A stretch of DNA of 64,000 bases from NCBI GenBank assembly GCA_051294375.1, contig CM119266.1, forward strand, positions 17,044,087-17,108,086, given 5' to 3'. This DNA is from Paraspadella gotoi. Taxonomy: Eukaryota; Animalia; Chaetognatha. Positions within the stretch are counted from its first letter, which is position 1. Each line of letters opens with the position of its first letter. The notes under the pieces were generated by a model, which searched no databases, was not told where the DNA came from, and saw only the letters and a list, made by a program, of their open reading frames with translations. A program made the position numbers and the translations under genes. Shown in pieces: positions 1 to 14,154 of this stretch.

Positions 1-26
1 CGTTTCTATCTTTATCGGCCTTCAAG

Positions 27-1416
27 GTGGAACCAGCAACGCTCTTGCCTCTTGCCTTCTCGATCGCGACCAACATTCAGCTTCTTACGTTAATTCTCGC
101 TCTTCCTCTACATCCGTCGATTCCTCGCACGACCCTTCGCCTTTCATGACTCGCTGCTCTCTACTCGCGGCAAGATGGAGGCCTTCTCCTCTGGACCTGA
201 TGAGAGTTGAGACAGACGACGGGGAGGTTCGTTACTCCTTCCTGTCACTGACTTACGGACTCGTAGCCGACGTGGACATTGAGAGCGAAAGGTTTCGAAG
301 ATGCGGACTATTCCGCAATACCCTAGGGGCCATCACCAGGATTTTGGGTTTGAGAACGTACAGGTGGGTAGATTATTTATTATTGATATTAATTACAGAG
401 AGAGAGAGATAGATGTTTAGGGTATGAGACTTTTTCTCTCTGTGTCTTTATTTATTATTACTCTTATCCAGGATCAGCGACTGTCATATCAAATACATCA
501 ATGATCTATTATCATTGCATCGAATAAAATTGCATCAATTAGTCGTTATTAATGATTCGTCAAATCCTTATGAAAGCAAGAATCTTTATCATCGCATCGA
601 TTAATGATAATCATGATAATCATCCCATCATTGAATGAATAATCAATGAATGATTATCATCGCATACATGAATATTGAATAAGTATAAGCTTGTCACAAA
701 TGCTTCCTTCCAGATGTCGCATATCATTTTCCCCGACGACGGACATGTCCGAGTCCACGACGTTAGTATCGTCTTTCACCAATGACGCTGGCACCTTGGA
801 TACGACTTCGTCGCTTGTTCCCAATACCTCGTCAACGCTGCCACCGTTAAGCGAAATGCCACCCGCGGAATGGAAAGTTCTCGAGCTCGAAATCGTGGCT
901 TTCTGTGCCGTCAACATCTCTCACCTCGCATCCGATGCGGTCATTTGCGCGCCAGCCTCTCCTAACGACGGTATCATCCATCTGGTCGTGATCAGAAAGG
1001 GGATTTCCAAGATGGATCTCATCGAAGTATTGGGCGCTATAGAAACGGCAGAAGGTTAGTAAAATTGTTAGTTATGAAATCAAACTTGGGCAAAGAATAT
1101 TTTTTTTAAGAAGCCGAAAGTCATTTTTACTTTAAGCATAAAAATATTAAAAAAATAAATTATACTTATATTAAATTATCTGTTAATCAAAGGAAATAAT
1201 TTTTTTTTTTTTAAACGGGAGTTAACCCTTTCTTCAGGCTATCATCGGCTTCTCCTAAATCCCTTTATTGATTTCTATTGCTGCTCTGCTGTACGGTTGG
1301 AGACTTTGACACCCGGAATTGTCGTCATCGATGGCGAGAAATTAGAGGGCTGCACCGCCATCCAGGCCGAGATCAAACCTGGCGCAGCCAGAGTTATGTC
1401 TTCAGCCAAGATTTAG
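27..1416 (+). CDS. SPHK: Sphingosine kinase (DAGK-like lipid kinase), last three exons; 5' part lies outside the window
   Basis: Exons 27-363, 714-1054 and 1238-1416 join in frame across GT-AG introns. Motifs GGTSNALA, SFLSLTYGLVADVDIESERFR, LRTYRCRISF, APASPNDGIIHLV and VIDGE; stop TAG 1414-1416. Confidence 0.93.
480..670. repeat. Degenerate ~20-22 bp minisatellite (ATCATCGCATCAAT-like) in the SPHK intron
   Basis: Repeated ATCAT(C/T)GCATC(G/A)A units; the reverse complement array lies at 18350-18560. Confidence 0.6.
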
Positions 1417-3367
1417 ATTTTCAAGAATTAATATCCTCGCAAATACGGCTTTTTAAGTTTTTAAATTAAGGTTTGATGAAGGAAGTAATATATTTTGAAT
1501 AATTTTTTTTCGTTATTTTACAAGAGAGACCTAAACTAATTACCATTCAGATAAAAAAGGTAACTTTACTTTTGTCCACTATGAAATTATACAAGCATTT
1601 ATGTTACAATACTGATGCATGCGATGATGTTAAAAGAAATAAAAAATTGAATTTAAAAGCATTTAATGGAAGTAAAAGTAGAAACGAATAAAGATGCGAT
1701 GAATAGGGAAAGAAGCGTAGAACTAAAAAACAAGCGACGTTTGCTAGTGGTAAACTATATAGTATATAGTATATACATAACTAGATAGGTTTAGCCAGGT
1801 AGCCGTAGTGAAATGATAGGTACTTTATTTTAAAAAGCGAATTTTTGCCAAAAAGGGAGGAAAAGCAAAGCCTTTTTTCTATATTGTTTTACTATGTGGC
1901 CTATCTATCGACTCTCAAGCTAAAGTCTTATATATATATATATTTCTAGTTTTAAATTATCGCTTAAGTTAGATGAATAAATAATTAAAACGCGAAAATG
2001 TTTTTATATTATCATGTTGTAGATTTTATTCCACCGAAAATGTCGCAAGTATTTGAGCAATACTTCACACTAGATGGAAACGAATATATTTTTAATCTAG
2101 AAAAACAAAACTAAACACTTTTAACAGAGAATAAGAGAAGACGAGGTCACGAGGGAGAAGAAAACGAGAAGAAGTCGAAGAGTAGGAGAGAAGACGAAAG
2201 TTATGGATTCCACAGTCACGTTTCTGCTACTCTTTTGTTCCATTCCCGTTACATACATTCTATCTTGTAGTTGTAATATTTGTAATATCAAATCAATATA
2301 TGATTTCGATTTTATTACCAAGATCATCTCGAGAAAGAGAGAAAGCAAGCGTTTCGTTTATTGTTTTAAAAAATACAATTAGCCCCGGACAAAATAGCCT
2401 CAGACCACGATGGGTTGGCTATTTAAATGTACTATAGAAAAGAAACTAAGGAAAACCCGATGATTTCGGAGGCGAAAAGCCAAAATTTGCATACCTTTAC
2501 TGCTTTACTAAAAATATAAGCGAACGACGGTGAAACTCTCTCAGGAGTCGAAATTTGTTATTTTACTACATCATTTACAGTAAAGATCGAAAGCATGGGC
2601 AGATAAGTTCGATTCCATCAGCTTGGTCTCTGATTGGCGGAGGCTATTCCATCCGCGATTCCATTTGTGGGTAACTTGATTGGATTCGGTTTCATTTTGA
2701 TTCCAATCGTTTTTTATGCGGCACCATTCGAATCTATTTGGTTCCATTCGGGTTAATATCTCCTACTTTCCTGTCATACAACTTTCGGTCATAAATTGTC
2801 AGTTTTTATTTTTTCAGACACGTTTTTGTCAAAATTATATTAAATCATAAGTTGTATACTTTTACTGGGTCATATGATTAATATAATGCAGAATTAAATG
2901 CTCTCAGATCTGAAGCTTAGAAAAATTCCATAGTAGAATGTGTTACGATTTCATTTGAGTGGGAAATAAGTAGCATCATTATTTACTTAACTTCAAAGAC
3001 AATGAAGTTATCGATTTGAAAGGGGAAAAAAGGTATCGTGCGTCGTTTAAGTTCATGCGCAAGTTGGAGTCAGTTTGAGGAAGCGGAAAACTTTTGTAAA
3101 AAGTAAGGAATTGAAACTAATTATATACGTTTTTATTAATTTACTTTTTTTACTTTATTTACTTATTTACCTGAATTTTCGAATCTAATTTTTGCTTTAC
3201 TGTAAAATGAAATAGTCTCTGGTGGTGATTTTTTCGTTTAATTTCTAGTAAAGCTGGAGAAGAATCACGAGCTCGGTTGAGAAAAAGTGATGATATACCA
3301 ATGGGTTGCTGTGGTAAAAAGAAAAAAAAAGGTATAGCTCACTTTGGCTCTGGTGATTCTTCGACGT

Positions 3368-3413
<46 letters not shown>

Positions 3414-3419
3414 TTTTTT

Positions 3420-3474
<55 letters not shown>
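3368..3474. repeat. Interrupted (CT)n microsatellite
   Basis: Two CT runs separated by a T-tract. Confidence 0.95.
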
Positions 3475-3477
<3 letters not shown>

Positions 3478-3589
3478 TGACGCTCCTGCCTCTGCAGCAA
3501 CCTGATCTGACTTTGTAAGATCGGGCGCCTTCCAAAAAGAGGGTAACATTTGGTAGAGCGAGAAGGACCGTAAAGGAGCGTAAAGGAAG

Positions 3590-3840
3590 CAAGGACTGAC
3601 CTAAGCCCACCTCACTCTGAAGGGATATGGGGGTAACCGACAGGTTTATCAGGCCAGATGGATATAAGAGTAGCCTTAAAAATCTTCGGAATCTCAGTCG
3701 AGTCGATTCTTCGAGAAGAACTGATTTTTAGCCGAGTCTGCTTTAAATGCTTATTATTGCACATTTCGCCTTGAAAGAACCGAGAGGAGAGGAGGGCCAT
3801 AGTGCACCTCTGATGGTGTGGATAAACCTCACACCTCACA
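3590..3840 (-). mobile_element. Decayed non-LTR retrotransposon fragment (R2-like, post-RT/thumb region)
   Basis: Minus frame reads RRIDSTEIPKIFKATLISIWPDKPVGYPHIPSE*GGL, resembling the LD..IR...K..L.LP..TP..Y.H.P...GGLG motif; in-frame stop. Confidence 0.45.
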
Positions 3841-3989
3841 CACAGGATGATTTTCTCGTCAGTAACCTTGCTTACCGGCGGTAGTGTTGCTTTACGGGGC
3901 CGTGACTTTTTTGACCCGGGACAATGGAGTTTGGAAAAAAAAGTCGCCGGTGATGGAAATGATAATACGTTACAACTTACATGCTCTAT

Positions 3990-4530
3990 AATTCACTTTG
4001 TCGGTTGGGTCCGACCTAAAAATCATTTTGTAAATAATTTAGATCATTTCAAAATATCGAATTATGGTAAAAAAATTATGTTAGTCCGTCTGTCTGTCTG
4101 TCCATCTATACCCCTTTAGCTTTAAACTCCATTTGTTCATGTTGAGATAAGTCATCTAGGTTGAAATTTTGTTTGGATGATCTGAAAATGAGTTTCGATG
4201 GATTCGTCCAGGTGGAAATATATCTTATAATTAATTTAATTATAATAATGAAGAAGATTTCATAAGATGTATCATAACTTGTCGTCTGATTAGCTTCTTA
4301 CGCTGATTCGGCGATGTTTGCTAAAACTTGTTCAGTATTATTCAGGCCTTCAAGACAATCACGAGTAATTGGAGTTTTTTGCTAAGGTGGTACGGACATC
4401 ATTTTTTTTGCATAATTTATCATAATTCGAGGTTCTGATATGATAATAATAACTTACCGACAAGCTTTTGGGGTGGGACCGACGGACCGATAAAGTGAAT
4501 CTGCTGATAAGCAGATCCGACTAAAATGTT
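3990..4530. mobile_element. Two oppositely oriented fragments of a Helentron/HINE (DINE-1-like) interspersed element
   Basis: (GTCY)n/(GACG)n tracts and terminal hairpin GAATCTGCTGATAAGCAGATCC. Related pieces at 8090-8220, 8500-9120, 10815-11020, 27700-27750 and 46730-46975. Confidence 0.65.
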
Positions 4531-4650
4531 TGCAAAATATTAGTTAACTTGGAATCATTTGACGCCTTAACATTCTAAATGAACTAAAGCTTGTGGTATT
4601 TGCTTTCCAAGTTTACCCTACGTATTTTTTTCTGTTTAGGGTTTTCAATA

Positions 4651-7384
4651 ATGGGACTTGTTGTTCAAAATATTTTAAGCAAAAAAGTGGATGGGTTTAC
4701 GAATGATTTACACGACAAAAGTCCTGGTCTCTAAATCATAACTCGCTGTCCAAGGATAATTTTAAATGTTTTTACCACTTAGAAGAGAAATGCGTCGTCG
4801 TGACAAAGAACGACTAATAAAAAAATTAACAAATATAATATTCTCATTTTACCTATATAAAATTGATTTACCATTTGAATTCGAAGGTTTATATAAATAT
4901 ATCCTTTCTTTAGAATCTTAGATTATCTTTAATATACTAAAAGGAGAATCTTGTAATTTTCATACTTTTTAAAAATATAGTCAAAATGTGAGGATTTAGA
5001 GGCTGTTAGTTTTGGTTATCTTTTATGGATCACAGTCTGGAACCGCCATCGATTATTCATACAGGTTGGTTTTCTTGTTTCATTAAGTTTTGACAAATTA
5101 AACACTTATTAATATTGTTTTCAGAACTCTTCTGACGGCAAGACAAAGAAAATGGCACTGCCTTATGTTTGATGCGAATGCTCTTTACGATTACGTCAGT
5201 AACTCGTGTATCTCTAAAGATTAAATATGTACATTTCTTTACCTTTCTTCATACAGAACGAAATTAAAAAAATGAAAAATGTTCCAGTCCATGTGGTGCT
5301 TTTCATAGTGTCGACATATGGTGACGGTGGTCCACCTTACAATGCTGAACGGCTTAATAAGGTTTGTCGGACTTCTCGAGTATGTACATAATATGTGAAT
5401 AAAATTTAATAATTAAATCTAAAACTTATGTAAAACGTTTTAAAATTTTTATATTCAATTTAAAATTTAGTCTGATACAGTAAAACAAATAATTTTGCAA
5501 TTTTTATCACTTTTAATTTGTGATGGTACAATTAGCAGACGGAAAAACATTCATCTCTCACAAAATCTACAATTTTTGAGAATGGCATATTACCTGGCAC
5601 TAGTAATATTTTTTTAAAAAAATATTCAAATATATATAATATATATATAAATAAACATAATATATAATATAAAAATAAAAAAATAAATTTTTTTAATAAT
5701 TTTTTTTTAAATGTACATTTTTTTTTATCACATATTTCGTATTATTAGATCGGGATTATTAAATTCTTCTCTGCACTAGTATCGAAATGCAAGGAGCTGA
5801 CTGTTACAAAATCGGTACAATAGGGTTAAGGGAGAGACTCAGCGAGGAATGGATGGTCTGGGTTAAGGTTAGGGTTGAGGTACTAGAAGCTCGGCGAGGG
5901 ATGGAAGGCCCGAGTAGAGGCTTGCTGGAGATGTCGCGAGCTGGGTGAACTTGTTAGGGTTAGGTTATGGTCCGCGTGAGGCCTCTAGTGAGCCTCTGCA
6001 CCAACCCTAACCCGCGCCTTCCGTACCTCCCTTTCAACCTTAAGCCTAATATTGGCCTTCTGTCTCTATCCGAGCCTCTTCTCTACTCTAACCCAAACCA
6101 TAACCCAGGCTTTCCTCGTCAGGTTGCGTTTTCAGTCCGCGCGGGTGCTGGTGACTTGACGTTGTTGCCAACCAACGAGAATTGCACTTGCAACTTTTGA
6201 GCCAATCGCTGCCGATGTTGCTGTACGGATGAACTACAACTTAGGTTTATAAGCGTAAAATATTTTTAAATACTGATGTTTAAAATTAATTTTATAAGAA
6301 AACCTGACCGAGTGAGAACTTAGTAATAGGAACCAGTTTTCTTTCGTGGGGGAAGTCAAGCGGTTATTTGCTTATTTGCTAATTATACAGCAATGCTTAT
6401 TAGCTAAATTATACAGTAACGGTACTGTCCATTAACAAGTACAACTTGGTGGATAAAATTTACTTTACTAAAATTGGTACAATCAATATAAAATTATTTG
6501 TGATGCACGGGGTGTGAGGCATCTCTCGACAGCTAGCGCTCAGGGCTTTGGACCTGCAGTGACGTGATTAAGACGACAACATCACACTGACCGTAAGGGA
6601 ATTGAACACGGAACTCATGGTTGGTGAAAGAATACTTATCTGTCCAAACGAGCTGAGTTGCACAAAGCTTTACAGGAGGCGAATTTAGGATTCGCTACTA
6701 TCTATTCATTCATTGAATAAGCCATCTATCAGGCCTCCATCACTTTTACAAGATAACGACATAGCTTATGGCAAATTTTGATATCATCTTGCTTTCAACT
6801 TCAAAAAACAATGTACATCTTGACCATTTGAAACCCGCTGCTATTAAAAATTCATCATATGAAAACGTTTTTACCAAAAAGTTTTTAATATTTTGAAAGA
6901 TATATAAAGACAAGATAACATGATAATTGATTTTGTTTTGATTTCGTAAGGATTCGAGCTTTCAATCAGAAATAAAGAGAAAATTTACATCTGTAATTGA
7001 TGGATCTCACTAATTTGTGCTAATATGGGCATCATCCAAAAGCCCTGTAAAAATGAATGAAGGAATATCGATTATATTTTCTTAAAAGTTATATAAATTG
7101 CCAAAGACTTATTTTAAAAGTCTTCTAGGATTTTTCTTGTCAGTCATTTGTTTCCCTTCACTTCCCATCGTCTTTGGAATAACACTTTCTGATTCAAAAA
7201 ATCTTTTATTAAGGCAAATAAACCGTTTTGGCCCAAGCATGGTTATAGTTTTTAGTTGTAGTTTTTGAAAAAATAAATTAAAATATATAACAAACAAACT
7301 TCTTCAGCACAATTTCTGGAATACTATACCACCTACTGTGATTTGTATTTGTATTTGCAATAAAAGTATTTTAACTGTAATTAT

Positions 7385-7416
<32 letters not shown>

Positions 7417-10400
7417 CCAGGCTTGTTAACCGTAATTATTAAGGTAATAGAGATAATTTTTTTTATACTAAAGTAAATGTTAAGAACTTGTCTTTAAATC
7501 GTTTTTACAGATTTTAAATTTATCTCCAAAATTTCGCATTTATCTGTTAACGGTCAGTGCCATTGCATTTGGAACACAAAATAGAGGGCAGAAATGTTAA
7601 TTTTTTTTAAAAACTTATGCAGGGAGAAAAACAATTTTTATTTGTTTTGCTTCAACGAATTTTATTTGACAACAGTTTGATGGTCGGACTTGTTTCGACT
7701 CTACAGTTAGAGTCTTCATCAGCATTTTGACAATCAATAATTTTTCTCTTTTAAAATGTCCGACCAACAAACTATTGTCAAATAAAATTCGTTGAAGCAA
7801 AACAAATAAAAAATGTTTTTCTCGCTAAATTCGAAACACAACAAAATTGAAAGTCTATACACAAAAACTTCTCTTTAATTTTAGTGGCTTAGGGAGAAGA
7901 ACAATTTAGAGGGCGTCTTTTATGCCGTTGTGGGTCTCGGTAATGATGGATATCAACACTACAATTCTTTTGGTAAATGTTATTTTAAAGAACTTTAAAG
8001 AAATCTTAATAAGACAGAGTATATTATAGTTAGTTTAGAAAAATATTTATACCATATCTAGATGGAAGCCAAAAAGATTCATTTTCTTCAATTCACTTTG
8101 TCGATCCGTCGGTCCCACCTAAAAATCTTGTTGGTAAGTTACCTAGATCATTTCAGAACTTCAAATTACGATAAATTATACAAAAACAATATTGAGCAAA
8201 CAATGTCGGATCTGCCCACGATTTTTAGGTCTTTTTGTCACTGACCACGACAAAAGCAATGACGACGAAGATGGCGTCGACGACAATAATGCCGATAAAG
8301 ATTGACTTGATTGATTGATTAAATAATTAATTAATAGATAAATAAATTGATTTAATAATTCATTGATTGAATAATTAATTATTGATTAATTAATTAATTG
8401 ACTAATTGATTAATTAACTGAATAAATATTTGATTAATACATCTTGCATTTACATTTAAAAAAAAAGAAAAAGAAGCATAATCAATTAGTGAAACAGGTT
8501 TTTTGTTTTTTCCATTTAAACTCATTTCCACTCAGACAATTCCATCGAAACTTAATTTCCTGCTTAATCACACACTTTCCTACCCACATAAAAAAATTCA
8601 AGTCAATTGACCAATCAACTCTCGAGCAATTGGCGTTCAAATAGGGAAATATATATTTTTTTTCTAATTAAACTCATTTCCACTCGCAAGATTTCATCTA
8701 AACTCCATATCCAGCTCAATCACGCAATTCCCTACCCACACACAAAATTTCATTCCAATCAATCCATCCAATCACGAGTAATTGTAGTTTTTTGCAAAGG
8801 TGGGACGAACGGATGTACAGACAGACAGACGGACGGACATCATTTTTTTTGCATAATTTATCATAATTCAACATTCTGAAAAGATATAAGTAAATGCCCG
8901 ACAAGATTTAGAGAGCGGACCGACGGACCGACAAAGACAAAGTGAATCTCCGTCTGTCTGTCCAACCTTAGCTTTAAACGCAAATTACTCAATACTCATG
9001 AGTAGATGGGTCGACTATCTTGAAATTTTGTGTCAAGTTAAAAAAGTGTGTCATTGAAATGGAAATCAAATTTCGATGGAATCGTCCAAATGTAAATGAG
9101 TTTAAATGGAAAAAAAATCTTTGATTATGCTTTTTTCCTTTTATATTAAATGAAAAAGCAAGCTACACCAACTCTCACTAATTAATTAATTAATTCGGTG
9201 AAATAAAGACGAAAAGAAAAATGAAATAGAGAAAAATAAAAAAGGAAAATATTAAAAGGAAATTAGTGACAAAGTAATAGAGTTATTTTATTTTGTTAAC
9301 ACAACGATGATTTATTAAATTTGAACTTGTTTCGGTTCTTGTTTTCGAACCTTCTTTAAAAAAAATAGTTTTTTAAATTTATTTTTTTTAAATTTAAATT
9401 AAAAAAAATTAAAAATTTAATAATTTATAATAAAAATAATTTAAAAAATAAAAAAAATGTTTAACAAGGAATTATTTAGTTTACCAACAACGATTTTAAT
9501 AATAAAAAATCGTTGTTTGTAAACTAAATAATTCCTAATATCTTTAATACACAACGAAAGAAAGGATTTTACAATGGATACCAAAAAAAAGTTTGAAAAT
9601 TAGAAAAAATAAGATTGCCCCTTATGATCATGAGCAGATCAGGCATTGTTTGCTCAAACTTGTTGATAAATATATGAAGTGACCTTCAGAGTCACACCTT
9701 CCAGATTATTTGAAAAAATGCTAAAAATTAAAGAATGTAAGAAATTTGAATTTTTTTTTGTTGCTCGTTGTGAGATACATACGAAGTTCTAAGGTCTAAA
9801 TTCGCGTCTCATGTTGTCTAATACTAGGAAAATTGGTCGATCATCGGTTAAATGAGTTTTCCGCGAAGCGTGCTTTCCCACTTGGTCTGTGCAATGCGGC
9901 CGGAAATCAAGAATATGATTTTACAACCTGGAAGGCAGGGTTTATCATTGAAGTGCTTGAAAAACATGGGAAAATTCCTGAAGGACCACTTGAAAAGTGA
10001 GCAATAAGCTTTTTTTCTTATGAAAATACTTTATATAACATAAAACTTCAAGATTGTAGCAACAGACTGATATGGGTTTTTAACTCTGTGGTGTTGGCGT
10101 AACAGGACATCTAACTTAGCTGTCGTGGCTGACAACAGTCATATCCAAATTTTTTCAGTACGTTTTAAATATAAACCTATGAATAAAAGCATAGTAAAAT
10201 CTGTTTAAATCTAATACAAGCAAAATTCAAATAGTCGATCGTAAACAGTCTTGAACCTGTGAAATTTTTGTATATATTTTAAATATTAAATATATATTAT
10301 TTTTAATTAACGCGAATATGAGAATCCTCACGAAAAATTTCATAACATTTACTTTTCCTTTTATGCCAATTACAGTCAATATGTTCTAAAGATGCTAAAT

Positions 10401-13400
10401 CCCCTGGCGAAAGATTTAAAATTATATCAAGGAGAGCCTAGCCCAGGCTCATGCTTCGCAAGGCAGAAGGGTCCTTATAATATCACCAACCCATATTTGG
10501 CGGACGTAATTTGCATCCAAGAACTTCATTCCCCAACATCTAGCAGATCTTGCCTTAGGATCGGTAAGACGATGGAAACTAAACAGGAAATTTGAGGCTG
10601 TAATGTATTACGAGTAATACAATATAACCAATACAGGATTTAACATCAGTGGGTCGCGAATGCATTGGATCGCCGGTGATCATATTGGCATTTACCCGGA
10701 GAACCATTACAGCGATGTTCTCAAATTGTCCAAACTTCTTAAGTAAAAGCAAAAGAATTCGAGAATAAAGTTATTTAATAATTTCTTGGGATATAATTAT
10801 GCATCGAACTCGAGGCTAATTTTTATCAGAATATTGAATTATGATAAAGTATGAAAAACAAATATTTGTCCGTCCGCCTGTCCGCCCATCTGTCTGTCCA
10901 CCTCTTAGCTTTGAAGCCCAATTTTTCATGAGTGGATCGTGCGTGATAGATGGAATCGTCCATGTGGAAATGAGTTTAAATGAAACAAGTTTGAGCAAAC
11001 AATTTCGGATTTGCCGACGATAATTAAGCGGTAATCAGCTAATCAAATGAGAAATAACGATAATTCTTTTATTGTGTGAGCCTAACTAATTATAACAAAT
11101 CGTATCATACAAACATTTAATGAATTAATTAATTAATTAAATAATGCAAGTTATACAAATGATACTAGTTGAAAAAATGATGCAGGTTGAAAAAATGATG
11201 CAAGTTGAAAAAATGATGCAATTTGAAAAAATGATTTAAGTTGAAAATTAATTAATTAATTAAAAAAATTATTAGTAAGCATAATTAATAAAAATTAAAG
11301 TCAACTTTACTTTGATTTTTTACATGCAAAATCTTTTCCACTCCTGGATTCCATCGAAACTTTATAGGTGATCACGTGACTGCACAAGTATGATACAAAT
11401 GCATATATCAAAGATGACCTTAAAGCAGTATTTCCTGAATTTTGAGTATTAAAAAAAAATAGTATTGACCGATGGACAGACTGACATACCGACTGACCAA
11501 CAGACACTTCAGTATTTTATTGAGCTAACTAACAATGGCTATTGTTTTATCCAAGGTTGCAACTTCAAGCACCAATCAACTTTGTTAATAAAGACCCTAA
11601 CGAGTTGCTCTTCCAACACCGATTCCCGAGTCCGTGCACTCTCGAGACCGCACTAATATTTTATGTTGATATCAATCGCCCTCCTTCCATGGATCTCCTC
11701 AGAGAACTTTCTTTCTATGCCGAAGGTAGGTACCAGAGAAACGTTTAGCTTACAAGTAATACTATTACTTTCATATTTTACCGAGTACATCTTTAAAACC
11801 TATCTTTAAAACCTATATTTGTATGACTATAAAAGGTTAATATTCCATATTTTTTTAAAAGTTGTATATAAGTTAAAAAAAATTTCGGGGATAAAGATAA
11901 ACCCAATTAGCCAATTTAGTCTTTAAGTTAAAGAGTTGATTGGTCATTTTTGTCTTTCCCCCCCACCTCTCTCTTTCTCTCTTTATATGGACTATTCATT
12001 CAATAGAAATTATTCTGTCACTCCCTACATCCTTTGTAACTTCAAATCAAAATTTGTCTCAAGATATCGTTCGTTATTGTATAGACTATACAATACAATA
12101 CCATAGTTTGTACAGTATAGAAATTTAACAGTATAGAGATGGATGTTTACTGAAAGGAAAAGGAAGACGTTCAACTTCTTCACTTTGATGTTATTTTTCA
12201 ATAATAAAAATAAAATGGGCGATTTTTTAATTAATTAATTTATACCTTCATAATACCCCAATATTAATGTAATTTATTATATTTTTTTACCAGGAAATTA
12301 TAAAAGGATTCAAAGTTATGGATTCCTTTCGTTCGTTTTAGAAAAAAAAAAATTAACTAGCGGAATTATAAGTTTGTAAGAAGCGGACAAATTCGGCGAA
12401 AATCTTAATAAGCGAGAATGTTGAAAAAAGGAAGAATTTTGGTTTTTTTTGATCGATTTCGTCTAAACCCATTGGCCAATTTAGACGTAACTTAAGATTT
12501 ACATTATTTCAGTCATTCTCTATCCAAAAATATAAAAATATTATGAAAAAATGCTTGGGATCGAGTATCAGAATTCTGTTCTAGTTGATATAAAATTAAA
12601 TTAACGACCTAATTCTTGTTAATGGGGAGGCTTAGAATTTATTTTACTTTGATGATGTGTTTCATTGAATCCAACTTTTTATTAACTCTACAGATTCTGA
12701 AGAGGCTTCTCAACTAGAAAAACTCAGTCAGAGCGACAACGATCTTTATCGCTCATGTATACTTGTGGGTCATCATACCATTGTCAGCGTTTTAGAAGCT
12801 TTCCCATCTTGTCATCCGCCTATTGAACTTCTGTTGGAAATGGTTCCTCGGTAATATTGCTGAAGAGAATTTTATTATCTTTATTTAGAGAAAAACAAAG
12901 TTTTATTTGTTACAAACAACGATTTTTATTATAAATAGCGACTCTATTAATTTTCGAGCCTTCATCAGAGCTTTGCCATTTGTCAAATTTTATATTGCTT
13001 CTGAATTGCTCAAATTATAAAATTCCCAACAGGATGCAGCCACGATTTTATTCAATATCGAGTTCCCCGAAAGTCAACAAATCGAACATCTACATAACGG
13101 TTGTGAAAGTTGAGCACCCTGTGCAAGGTACCTTAATTTGCCCTCCCATTTAACTCGGTATTGATTTTAATAATTCATATTTACAACAGTTACTATTCAT
13201 ATGAGAGACAACATGCCGAACACGCGTCTCTTTAAAGGTTTGTAAAACTATTGACAATTTTTAGCTGCATCTGCTTATTCCAGCTCTACAAGTCATGTTG
13301 TTTGTCTGTCGGTCGCCCCGCTCAAGTTGGTCAGGCAGTTACTTAAATCACCACAGAATATTGAATTATGAGAAATGCAAAAAAATCTATATCCATCCTT

Positions 13401-14111
13401 CTGTCCATCTGCACTTAGATTTAAACACAAATTGATTGGGTGATTTATTAAAAACTTTTGTGTAGTTAAAGATGTGTGTGATTGACCAAAGTTGACCAAT
13501 GTTTGATTCGTTTTGACTCGCATTATTATTTTATTATTTTCTTCTCTCTTTTTGTTATCGTCGTTTTTCTCTTTCTGATAATAATTTTGATCATTACATG
13601 TTGTAAACATTTTGTGAAACATCTTCCTATTTTTCCTTAAAATTCCTGAGTAAGTATTAAGTAATTTATTAAAATTCTAAAATTAACTTATCTTTTTTTT
13701 TTTGCTTGCATTTGAATTATTTTTTGATAGATTGATAAATTTTTTCTTGATTTATTGAGAAAATTGTTATTATTTGTTATGATATGATCTGTGGTGATCA
13801 GAAATTGAAAGATTTATCATGATATAAAATATAAAATAAGGTTAGCACTATTGAAGCTTGTTATCTCAAGTCTGACAAACAAAAAAAAACGAATCCATCC
13901 GCCCCAAAATAACTTTAATTTTCTATTGGGCTGTTGAAATTTTAGGGAGAAAGAAAGGTACGTGTTTAAACTGGAAAAAGTTTTGATAAAGTCGTATGAG
14001 TGGAAATGAGTTTAAATGAAAAAAGAAATAGACATTTTTTACAACAGACAGACCGACCGAAAAGTGATTTATAGAGTTGCTCCTCGGCTCAACTAAAAAT
14101 ACAAAGAATTA

Positions 14112-14154
<43 letters not shown>

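Noticed and set aside
6590-6662. Functional tRNA gene
   Set aside because: Only degenerate A/B boxes and no complete cloverleaf; treated as a SINE head.
9300-9360. Hammerhead-like remnant (similar ones near 12960 and 60015)
   Set aside because: The CUGA or GAAA core is destroyed; not called as ribozymes.
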